64,000 nucleotides of DNA from Octopus sinensis. Its lineage: Eukaryota. The DNA lies in the NCBI RefSeq assembly GCF_006345805.1, contig NC_043001.1:90768001-90832000 (forward strand), in the 5' to 3' direction. The notes under the pieces were generated by a model that saw only the letters and a program-made list of their open reading frames with translations, was not told the origin of the DNA and made no database searches. Below are positions 1-10,422 of this stretch, one piece after another. A program made the translations under genes and the position numbers. Numbering within the stretch: position 1 is the stretch's first letter; the number at the start of each line of letters is the position of its first letter.

Positions 1-557
1 TCACTTATATGAGCTAAAGGTATGTTTCTGCCAGTGCTTACATTTGTAAGATCGCTCTATATGTGTGTTAACAAGACAACAATAAAGATTTTAAGTTAGA
101 TTGGTTCATCCTGTCCATATCTTTCCCTTATGATAAGGGCAAAGGATTTTGTAACATTTGCAACTCTGAACTCTTCCATATTCTCTTCTCTAAGAATCCT
201 TCATTTTCAATATCATCTTTTCCACTTTATTTTATTCCAATTTTCTCTTTCCGTATCTCCAGTTATCTTTCCCTCCCCTCTGATGTACATCTTTGCTTTG
301 CCATTTCTCAAATTTTAATGCACTTTTATATCAGTCACTCGCTCCCCTCTCACCCTTTGTCCCCATTCACTATAACCAACCCTAAGAACCCCTGACCTCC
401 ATCTGTCGATGTACATATCTCTCTCTTCCTCTGCTCCACCCTCCCTCCTCCCACATCATCTCACTATTTGATGATCGATCTGCAGACTTATTATATTCCT
501 GTTTAACTTTTTAAGAACGACCCTATCCTTTTATATAACTATTTCTCTCTTTGACTA

Positions 558-960
558 GGATGCAGGTATGGCTGTGTCGTACGAGGCTTGCTTAACAGTA
601 CTGTCCCACCTTCAGCAAGTGTCTTCTTCTATAGACCAGGGCTGATCAAAGCCTTGTGAGTGGATCTGGTAGAAAATGAAAGAAGCATGGATGGATGAAT
701 GAACATATGCATGCATGCATGTATCCTTTTATATGATTGTCCTCCCCCACTACTTGAAAACCAGCATTGGTTTGTTTACATCTTGCGATTTGGCAGGATT
801 TAAAATATTGCCAATAAAAGCACACACGCTGATTATATTTTACTTCAACTAAATCACACTTTAAAAAAATTAGTACTGTGGTTGATTTGTTCAACTCAAT
901 TCTTCAAGGCAGTGCCCCAGCATGAGCGCAGTCTAATAACTGAAGCAAGTGAAAGATAGA
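558..960 (+). mobile_element. tRNA-derived SINE with Meta-like central domain
   Basis: Head ggatgcaggtatggctgtgt..., core caagtgtcttc...aaagccttgtgagtggatctggtaga, tail ...actgaagcaagtgaaagataga; homologous copies elsewhere in the window. Confidence 0.8.
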
Positions 961-1300
961 TGTTAAGCAAATACTAGCATATATCAATTCATTTCTCTAT
1001 TTCTTCCTGAAACAACTGTTGTCCTCTTCTTCTCTAGTCATATTCTCCTCTTCTAATTCTTTTATGGGGAAAATTACTGGGGATCCTTTTGGCAGCATAA
1101 AGATAACAATTGTCTCTTCTCTTCTGATAATTCTTTCAAGAACTGGGAATTTTTTTTTTTTTGTTTTTTAAATTTTCTTACTAGTCTTTTTCTTCTCTCT
1201 CTCTCTCTCTTTCTCCATATGTGTTTTACTAAGAATACAAAAATAATTTCTTCATTCTGCTAATTCTGGTACATTAACTTCCTTATATTTGTGCATTATC

Positions 1301-1466
1301 TGTTTCTTTATTACCCACAAGGGGCTAAACATAGAGGGGACAAACGGATTGAGTTGATTACATCGACCCCAGTGCATAACTGGTATTTAATTTATTGACC
1401 TCGAAAGGATGAAAGGCTACGCATTTCGCCTGGCGTGCTAAAGGTTCTGCCAGCTCACTGCCCTAG
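1301..1466 (-). mobile_element. Nin-domain tRNA-derived SINE, internally deleted, with 22-bp target-site duplication
   Basis: Reverse complement contains gcctttcatcctttcgaggtcaataaattaaataccag (Nin domain). Flanked by ttccttatatttgtg(c/t)attatc at 1279-1300 and 1467-1488. Confidence 0.85.
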
Positions 1467-1634
1467 TTCCTTATATTTGTGTATTATCGTGTGTGTGCGC
1501 GCACTCTCATGTTGTAAGCCATCTATCTCTTGGTTTATCATAGTATCATATAACAAAGATAATCATATCTATTTTTTGTTTTTGTTTTTGGATTTGGTTT
1601 GCAAGATTCTCTATGTGAGTTCGTGTGTTGAAGC

Positions 1635-2350
1635 ATATTCTGTTGTGTCTGGGGAGAGTCATTTTCTTTTTGTGGCTTATAATTTAACACACTCACCGGT
1701 AAAATTTCCACTTATCTCTTATTTTCATTTTCCTAAAATTTTTGTTGCATCTAGCAACCTTTTCAATGCAGTCAAGATTATTGAAAAGGTTGCAAGACGC
1801 AACGAAAACTTTAGGAAAATAAAAATAAGGGATCTTTTCGGTTTGAACGGCAGTTTTTTCTAGCAGTGTTATATGAAATTGTCACCCATAATTATGACCC
1901 TAGTATCGATCTATTGCATTTCAATCTGTTTTAGGGTTAGTTATGGTTAGTTAGGGTTAGGGTGGGGGGGAAGGGTAACTTTTTTCTTCACAAATGTAAA
2001 TAACCCAATCTGTTTCTTAAACGAGGGACATATTCATACGGCACAGAATATTTTTTAACTCAATAGACGTCACTGATTGGTTGAAATTGCAGAAATTGAA
2101 GAAAAAAAACAACAAATATCTTACAAACTATAGAATTTTCTCAATAAAGCCAAGAGAAAAAGATGTTTTATAAACACATTCTACCAGTATACAAAGTTTA
2201 AAATTTTTTAGTTACCTGGAAATTATGTTAAAAACTGCCGTTCAAACCGAAAAGATCCAAAATAAGAAATAAGTAGAAATTTTACCGGTGAATGTGTTAA
2301 ATTTATAAGGCACAAAAAGAAAATGACTCTCCCCAGACACAACAGAATAT
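1635..2350. repeat. Long inverted repeat (arms 1635-1767 and 1780-1829 + 2267-2350), interrupted by a MITE
   Basis: atattctgttgtgtctggggagagtcatttt... mirrored by ...aaaatgactctccccagacacaacagaatat; 12-nt central spacer. Confidence 0.9.
1830..2258. mobile_element. MITE with 29-bp perfect TIRs and 8-bp TSD (Merlin-like; superfamily uncertain)
   Basis: TIR GGATCTTTTCGGTTTGAACGGCAGTTTTT / AAAAACTGCCGTTCAAACCGAAAAGATCC; TSD AAAATAAG at 1822-1829 and 2259-2266; internal degenerate (TTAGGG)n at ~1930-1965. Confidence 0.88.
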
Positions 2351-2814
2351 CTATACATGTTGCTTTTCTTATGAAGTCTTATTCCACAACCGGTTCCTAA
2401 CGCAGTCATTTCATATTTATCTCCCTTGCATTAAGAAACTGAGAACATTTAAGCGCTCGCTTCGTCTTCTTGATTACCCCAAATACACATCTAGGAGACA
2501 TGTGACTTCTTTGAAGGACAAATCAAGAAAAATGTACACTAATATTTACACTGGAGAGACAAGGTTCCTTTTGTCATAGTGAAAGGGACCCAGCTGGGCG
2601 AGAGACTATTTCAGAATATAAGCAATGTAAGTTGAAGAGATTGCTTCTTTCAGAAAGACAGACAGAAAACAGGAAGAACATCGTTGTTTTTTGTTATTAG
2701 TAAATCGAGTGTAGACGATGGAGGTATAGTCTAAGCAGGAAAATGGGGCTGGTGCAAGAATTAAATTGAGACAATTAAACTGAATAATTATTTCTAATTT
2801 TGAGACAAGACAAA

Positions 2815-3099
2815 GGAACTTTTTAGGGAAGTGGAAGTCAATTATATTTACCCCAGAGCTCAACTGGTACTTATTTTATCAGCTCTGAAAGGACGAAAGG
2901 TAAAGTTGACCAGTTTGGGGGAAGAGGTAAATTGGTTACCTCAACCCCAGTATTCAACTGGCACTTATTTTATCAACATTGAAAGGATGAAAAGCAATGT
3001 TGACCCCCAACAGCATTTGAACTCAGACAATAGGGTCAGAAGAAATACTGCTCAACATTTTTTCTGACGTGATAATAATCCTGCCAGTTTGCCACCTTA
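2815..3099 (-). mobile_element. Nin-domain SINE (two tandem or nested partial copies)
   Basis: Two caactgg(t/c)acttatttta(t)c...gaaagga(c/t)gaaa blocks followed by the reverse-complement tRNA head ...ctgccagtttgccacc. Confidence 0.75.
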
Positions 3100-3650
3100 G
3101 GCGCTCACTATATTAAAAATTCTTAGAATCTATGCCTATCTGGAGAAAACAACAGGAAACTACTCCTATTTACTTAACTATATGATGTGGATACTTGTGT
3201 AGGAAGTTTCATTTTTGTATTTGTTTTGATGGGAAAGTATATGTTGAAACTAGTAGTGTTGTATTTTAGGTGGGTCATATTGCCAATAAAAGCACACACA
3301 CACTGATTATATTTCACTTCAGTTTTATTACTAGTCAGTTAGATAAATAATCAATTTTTTAGTTGATTAATTTGTCAAAGTTCCTCTATGAGAAAAAATT
3401 GCATGTGCAGAGCCTTTGAGTAAGGGATGCAAGGGGGGACATCATACCCAAATCTCAGAAAATGTTTTTATATAGTGAAAGGAAGGGGTGTTACCACCAC
3501 CACTCAGCCCCACAAAAAATAGGGTCCTACCCTTGATAAAATTCCTTAGTATAGTAGTGTTAGAGGCAAACTGCCAGAGATCTAGACCTTTAGATGAGCC
3601 TAATTTATGGGAGTAATTATTAGTCACAGCATCTATGAAATAAATTCAGT

Positions 3651-3827
3651 CAGTGTTTCTCAACCATCTGATGTGTAAAACATCCTATTATATTTTTATA
3701 ATTAAATATTATTAATAATTGTATAAAAAAATTTGTGAAAATATTTCATGTATTGTAAAAGTATAAACAATTTATAACAAAATCTTATATGACATCCAAA
3801 GGCCATATGGACGGTTGAGAACCACTG
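3651..3827. mobile_element. Short hAT (Charlie-like) MITE
   Basis: TIRs cagtgtttctcaacc / ggttgagaaccactg; imperfect attcag TSD. Confidence 0.6.
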
Positions 3828-3849
3828 ATTCAGATGGTTTCTTGACTAT

Positions 3850-4243
3850 TGATTTCAATTTTGGCACATCAACAATTTTGGGAAAGAGGCTAAGTCAATT
3901 AGAATGACCCCAGTGCTCAACAGGTACTTACTTATCAACCCCAAAAGGATGATAGGCAAAGTCAACCTCGGCAGAATTTGAACTCAGAATGTAAAGGCGA
4001 ATGAATTGTTGGGTGTGCTAATGATTCTGCCAGCTCACCATCTTTGAATATTCTTTTCTACTCTAAGCACAAGGCCAGAAATTTTGGGGGAGGGGGGGGC
4101 CAGTCAATTAGATCGACTCCAATACACAACTGGTACTTGATTTATCGACCCCGAAAGGATGAAAGGCAAAGTCAACCTTGGCAGAATTTGAACTCAGGAT
4201 GTAAAGACATGCTAACATTTCTGCTGACTTGCCGTCTTACCAT
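3850..4243 (-). mobile_element. Two tandem Nin-domain SINE copies (~3850-4043 and ~4056-4243)
   Basis: Each carries ...tatc(a/g)acccc.aaaggatga.aggcaaagtcaacct.ggcagaatttgaactcag (Nin domain plus reverse B-box). Confidence 0.85.
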
Positions 4244-5384
4244 CTTTGAATATTGCTAACAGTTTTTTTATTATTTAAGTGCTTTTTGAGTGCCACTGTC
4301 ATACAAGCAATTCATTTCTAGTATTCTGAGAAAATGTCTAGCTATGGAGAAATATTACCTTGTTTGGAAATAAGTGAAAGGTGGTGACAGGGGCATCTGG
4401 ATGTAGAAAATCTGCCTCACTAAATTTCATCTGGCCCATACAAGAATGGGAAATTGGACGTTAAAACAAAAACGATATAAAGTTTTTCTAGCCATACAGA
4501 AGGCATGCTGTTTGAAGAATACGTTAGGTATATTGTTGCATGATGGTAATGTTAGGTGGTAGTGAATGTGCCCCTTGCACTGCCTTATCCATGTCTTGCA
4601 CATGTCAATGCTTTCTTGATATAGCTTGCGCCATGACTAAACACATAACATGGGGAAATAAACAGGAGTAATCTCCTATTGTTTTCTCTCAGCAAATATG
4701 GATCCTAAGATTTTTTTTTAAAGTGATATAGTATGTAAGTTGTGCAATGTGTATGACTGGTAATCTAGACAAGATGTTTAATTAATATGTATGTCTAATA
4801 CATAATTACATTCAATGTTATTTGAAAAAAAGGTATGAGTTGAATTTACTCCAGTATTCTTTCGTTTTATGATCAGAAAATGAAGATGGAAATATTGACA
4901 CTATTTGGCAATGTATAAGCAAATGTATTGAATAAACTTCGCACCTTAAAAAAAAATTTAATTCTTTAGAAATCGATTTTACAATAAAAAAAAAAAGCTT
5001 TCCAAATTTGTTATTTCCTATTCCCCACACCTGTAGAATATATTTGGTTTTAACTTTCTGCGAATTTTGTTCCAATTCTACGTTTAAAATACGGAGGAGA
5101 TAAATATTTTAATGCTGATTGCTCAAGATAATTTTCTACTTTCCTATAAAGATCATAAACCGAAAGAATAACATTTTTTCCTTTCCTGCTTTACGGTCAC
5201 AATGGGGGTGGGGCTTAAATACTTTCTTTATTTCATACACACTCATTATTAACATCCACTTAAAATATTTACCCTCTATTTTTCTTTCATTTATGATCAG
5301 AAAATGGAAGTGGGACATGGACACTGTGCGACAATACCTAGATGGGCGTGTCGAATACAAACACATACATATATATATATATCT

Positions 5385-5520
5385 TCTTCGGCTGTCCGTC
5401 GTAGGTGGACGTTGACTGTTCTCGTTCGGAAATCATCTCTAGTATGTTTGCATGTGGGCTACAATGCCTGCTCTTGATTTGCAACAACGATGACATCTGC
5501 TTCACGTGATGCTACTTGAC
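5385..5520 (-). mobile_element. 3'-terminal fragment of an RTE-type LINE
   Basis: Minus strand translates SRCHRCCKSRAGIVAHMQTY, resembling the C-terminal C2H2 finger of RTE ORFs, followed by a short 3'UTR ending gaagaaga. Confidence 0.5.
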
Positions 5521-7424
5521 ACAGCGGAGAAGTGACGCCTATTACTCTAAACGAGAAGAACTATGTATTTTAGATGTTTATTTGGTAGTTTATTATCGCT
5601 TTAAAGATATCATGGGCAACCTGAAACTCGTGAGACTTTCTGAATGGCATGTCTAACGAAAAATTACCTTGAATGTTTTTAGTTGTGTAGCCCGCCTAAT
5701 GATGAGCCATATATCATGCGTCCCGCTTCTCGGAAAAGATAGCCATGTCTTCTTTCTAAGTTCAGTGAGAAGTGGGCGACAAGTCTCTTGAACAACTAAC
5801 ACTCAAAACAATTGGGCCTTTAAGGCTTTAGCCAGCGAGAGATGTGATTATAGTTGTTTATTCCAGGTCAACCTTGATCGAGTATACTCTTAGTGATCCT
5901 GGTCTTTGTTGTTGTTTTTTGTTGGGAGATTTTGTTTGTTTGTTTTTTGGGGGGGGTTTTGCAGTCAAAGATACACTTAGTATGAAAACAAAACACTTGA
6001 TTTAAAAGAAATTCTCTGAACAACTTTTGCACTCACCCAAGCAGACTTTTTTTCACAGGTGTATCTGACTGCCCAAGTATTATTCGACGCAGGAGTAATC
6101 CTCCCAGGAAAATCATAATTTATCGCATTCTTCATTCCTCTACTTCGATGGGAAGATAAAATTTTGGAAACCTATTATTCTTACTATTGTGACTATCGCC
6201 GTTGTTTTAAAAAAGGGTTGTTTCCATTTGTTGCTACAACAAACCCTATTTAGTTAAATGGAATCAAACATGACATCTCGGCTTGTGATTGGTTGAAAAT
6301 GTTTTTAAAAACCGTCGTCTTGGATATTTTTGTGTTTTACTTCCGGTTTTCACTGCACTGATTAACTTTTTAAGTAAACAAACTTAGTAAAACTATTTAA
6401 TCTTTCCGATGTACAATCTTGAACGAAGGAAGAAAAAAGATTTTAAAATTTTAGTGTTTAACAAAATGAATGATAATGTTCCAAAAAAGAATTTAATCTG
6501 CGTGCCAAATTTCATTATTCCGAAAATTTGGTTCATACTGTTGTTGAATGATCTGAGGACTGCTTTCTGGTTCATGTTACTTATAGTCATGTAAAAGTCA
6601 TTAACGTCGTAACATATTACTTGCCTCATGTCTGATACTATGTATATATATATACATATAACGTTGTCAAATATGTTTGAAAATACTAACCTCCAGTGCA
6701 AAACGAACAAGAACACAGAGAAACGACGAACGTACTACAACCCAATAAAAAAATAAATAATTTTACAGGAGTGACTCTTTGCGTTTTATAGTATATTTCA
6801 TGAACATAAAATAGCATACTTCAAAATTTTTGTAGATACGCGTGTAGTGCATTCGTAAAAATACTTTATTAATCAATTAAGGGGCCAGTGATTACTAAGA
6901 CTAATTAAACTGCTTTTTATAGTAAATTTTATAACAAAGCGTCATATTTTAGAATCTTTGGAGATCTTTTGTACAGATTGGACAGTTTTACCCATACCTC
7001 ATCATAAAGTACATCAGTATTTCTATTGATTCTGGAAAAAAGATTTCAATGGAATTTAATACTGCAATGAGGTAGACATGGATTTTAGCGTGCTACTGTG
7101 AGCGCTAATCCGACTAACTTCATTGTGACGCAAGAGCTTATAGGTGTGCGACCTGTAAGAAATAACAGCCAAATTTCCTTCATATCTCAGCCTATCGTCT
7201 TTAAAAAAGAGAAAGACATTTTGGGTAACTTAATCGTAGATACTTTGTACCAGAAATATGAACAAGAAGATCATGAATGGGACCTGGGACTAAACATCAA
7301 CAACAAGGGTTCTTTTCAGTTTCAACTACCTCTTCTAATTTTACCGAAAACTTCTACACAGGTACAGGTTTTCATAGCAATTACGAAAATCACAACTATT
7401 TCCCGGTAATTTTGCAAACATACA

Positions 7425-7484
7425 ACCGACAAGGACGAGTGATTACAATACCCTGCTTTCGCTTACGCACGCAGGATAAAAAAA
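7425..7484 (-). mobile_element. Possible Helentron-associated non-autonomous element terminus
   Basis: Minus strand reads tttttttatcctgc-gtgcgtaagcgaaa-gcagggtattgtaatc: a T-run followed by a short GC hairpin, as in molluscan HINE/DINE-like ends. Confidence 0.35.
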
Positions 7485-7543
7485 GTTACGAAACTTAAGA
7501 GATAGAAATTTTTTGACTCTGAAACATTCAGTCATAAAAATCC

Positions 7544-7797
7544 TTAAGTACCGGGACGTACCAGTGAACCATTTCTTCTAACAAATGGCGTCCTCGACGT
7601 TTGCAGGTGCTGGGCCGCTAACGGCGAAGTTCTTAATGAGATGTCAGGTGATGCCTGTGAGGGCGCTTGGCTTTTCCAACACCTTAGCCTCGCCATCACC
7701 CGTGGTAATGCCGCAAGCGTGCTGGCTTGCTTTAGTAGGTTCCGTTGAACTTGTGGTATGCTACTAATTGAGGCACTTGGAGTTGAATTGAGTTTTT
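7544..7797 (+). ncRNA. Candidate structured non-coding RNA, family not recognised
   Basis: GC-rich island with consecutive hairpins, G-U wobbles favouring the + strand, a 5'-3' closing helix and a downstream T-run; see findings. Confidence 0.35.
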
Positions 7798-7920
7798 CCT
7801 TTCTTTTTTATTTTATTTTCTCCCGGTTTTGGATCTATATCTTTAGTATGGTTTTGCGTTATATTCCAATAAAATGTTATATGTATATTGCAAATCTGAA
7901 GAGCCTAACCGAAAAGATAC

Positions 7921-8047
7921 CCCGTAACCCTTAACCATAATCCAAAACCTGAACCCTACCCTATGTCTCTAATCCTAAACTGTAACCTTCAAGACAAATC
8001 TAACCTTAAACCCAATCCTAACTATAAACTAAATCCAATACTAACCA
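7921..8047. repeat. Degenerate interstitial telomere-like (TAACCC)n array
   Basis: About 20 imperfect hexamers (taaccc, taacca, gaaccc, taatcc, taacct, aaaccc...). Confidence 0.75.
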
Positions 8048-8640
8048 ATGATGTCTTATAAATAGTATTAAATTTAAGTAAGTGTTACTGCCTGCACCAG
8101 AAAAAAAAATGAATTGTACCCTCAAATATTATTTTGGGACCGTAAGGTTTGGATTCCCAATACACAAAGAGCAGTCCGAGTAAATGAGAGAAAAAACATC
8201 TCCAAAGTGCTGGCCAGTGGAATTGAACCTGGAATATCGTTGGCTGCATCGTAAATTTCTTTACCAAATAGTCATGCCTAATTTAAAAGGTTCTTCAAAT
8301 ACCTGTTTTGATGTAAACGCTTAATATACTTTTAATTCCGCCGAGGTCAACTTTACCTTTCAATATAATTTACTTATCCCCCGACCTCTGAAAACTGCTT
8401 GCCTTGTGCCAAAATTTGAAATAAATATTTCCATAGTACTTTAATAGCAATTTTTGGGATAGTTTTTTTAAAAAATCATAAAATAACTCATGTTTAGTAA
8501 GTGGAGATCTGATCTTAAATCGAACTTGGAATACGAAAATGCCCAGTTGAAAGATAAACAAAAGCCCACTTTCCTTTCTCTATTTGCAAAAAAGAGATCA
8601 ATTAGAATATTATGAAATACAAATAGATATTAGGGTTTTT

Positions 8641-8858
8641 TTTCTTTTATCTTTCACTTGTTTCAGTCATTAGACTGCAAACAAACACACATATATATAT
8701 ATATATAAACAGACTTCTTTCGGTTTCTATCAAACCTACTCGTAAGGCTTTGGTCGACCCAAGGCTATAGTAAAAGTACGTTCCCAATGTGCCACGCGGT
8801 GGGGCTAAACCCGAAACTATGTTGTTGGAAAGCGAACTTCTTACCATACACCCACACC
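8641..8858 (-). mobile_element. Meta-like SINE, internally deleted
   Basis: Reverse complement of the 558-960 family: cttctttcggtttctatcaaacctactcgtaaggctttggtcgaccc... Confidence 0.75.
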
Positions 8859-8961
8859 TTTTTTTAATTTTTACCACAACCACACACAAAGATACATTAA
8901 GTCCTACTCCGAAGGCGATGGAGATACAGGGCTCGTCCGGGTTAAGATACCAATGTTTTGC

Positions 8962-9103
8962 TTCGTAAACACCAAACGAACTTTAAGAACGTCAAAAGGA
9001 CAAGGCACGACGGAGGAAATCTTGGATGCGTTTCTACTAAACTACCGAGCTACGCCAAACCCAGTGTCAGACAACCGCCCACGTGCCGAAGCAGATGAAC
9101 GGT
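8962..9103 (+). mobile_element. Ty3/Gypsy integrase C-terminal fragment
   Basis: Translates FVNTKRTLRTSKGQGTTEEILDAFLLNYRATPNPVSDNRPRAEA, matching the FVxTxKxxL...FLxxYRxTP...SPAE signature of Gypsy (K02A2.6-like) integrases. Confidence 0.7.
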
Positions 9104-10380
9104 CAGTTATGGTTAACTCAAGATAACAGATACTACGTCAGTTACGTGAACTGAACGTGCAAGCGGATGAGCACTCCACAAATACGCGTATCCTTAACGT
9201 AGTTTTCAAAATACAGTGTCTAACAGACATTCTGTGTCATGCTGAACTCGGAACGTAAAGACGGACTAAATGCCGCTTAACATTCTGTCCGTCTTGCAAA
9301 CGATTCTGTTGGCTCACCACCTTAATAATCATAATTTATTCTTTGATTGACAAAAAGATACTAATCGAAGTGTGCGATAGTGGATTAAAGCGTTAGAGTT
9401 GATAATCAGTTGGAATCTAATAAGTTCTGGTGTGGAAGGCGGCGAATTGACAGAACGTTAGAGCAAATCCGTTTAGGTTTTGGTTTCAAAAGGAAAGACT
9501 TCCTCCCGTGCCCCCCCTCCATTTTCTCGTAATTTTTTTTCTTTTCTTTTTTTCAATAACCTACGTCTCCTATTAAGGCGACTGATTGGCAGAATCATAA
9601 AAGCGTCGGAAACGGTTAAATGTGTGTTTTTGACGAACGTAAAGAATACGTATACGCGGTGCTTAGGGTTAGGGTTTTTGTTACGCCGAAAACGAGTGGT
9701 GTACGTATTCTTTTTACATCCGCCGTGTTTTTCATTCCTCCGGAATTTATCCAAAAAGTGCAAGCCAATTGTTAGGGTCGGTAGTATTGACGTAAGCTCT
9801 GGAGTTAGCCAATGCTCTGGAGCTCTTTACAGATTTATCCTGTTGACTGAATACAGATCGCTATAAACGTAATCATTAAATGAACCGGCAAATGAGACTG
9901 TCTAGCGATGATGAGAAGGGCCCAATGGACTTACTCTTTATCCCTTGGGTTAGAAGCCAATGCCTGATACGGGAGACTACAGTTAGCTGCTCATTTGCTC
10001 TATAACAAGTCTTAACGCTACGGTGGAGGTGAGGAAAGGTAATTGCACTCCTAACCAAACGAAATATGACACTGAAATACAGTATTCCTTCAGTAAATTA
10101 CATTCTTCAATCTTTGGCCTTTAAAATGATGCGGGTGCCGGACTACTGACAAGGAAGTTTTTTGACTTCATCAAGTGTCCTGCCTCACTGAAGCATCATA
10201 TAATTCTCGGGAGTGCGCTTGGTTGTTCCAGCATCATAGCCTGGCAGTTACGGGTACTAATACCAGGGGTGTTTGCGGGGTTTCTTATTAATCTTTAGAG
10301 GGTGAGGACACTAATGTCTCTCGTGTGATGCATAAAGGAGCGTTCATGTTTCTGTTTTCATTATTTACTGGTTCCTCATC

Positions 10381-10420
<40 letters not shown>
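10381..10420. repeat. (CT)n(AT)n microsatellite
   Basis: Directly visible. Confidence 0.95.

Positions 10421-10422
<2 letters not shown>

Noticed and set aside
1435-1863. 142-aa ORF
   Set aside because: Runs across a SINE end, an inverted repeat and a MITE TIR; no recognisable protein.
7544-7797. Assignment to U12, 7SK, RNase P/MRP, SRP, U3 or telomerase RNA
   Set aside because: The minus strand starts GTGCCTCAA like U12 but lacks GAGTAAGGAAAA and an Sm site. TGTGAGGGCG recalls 7SK but there are no paired GATC motifs. No GAAAGUC/CR-V, SRP helix 8, C/D boxes or CTAACCCTAA template.
9473-9866. Overlapping 96-aa and 128-aa ORFs
   Set aside because: Low-complexity K/R/F-rich translations with no recognisable homology. 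The region looks promoter-like (CCAAT, TGACGTA) but cannot be tied to a gene.
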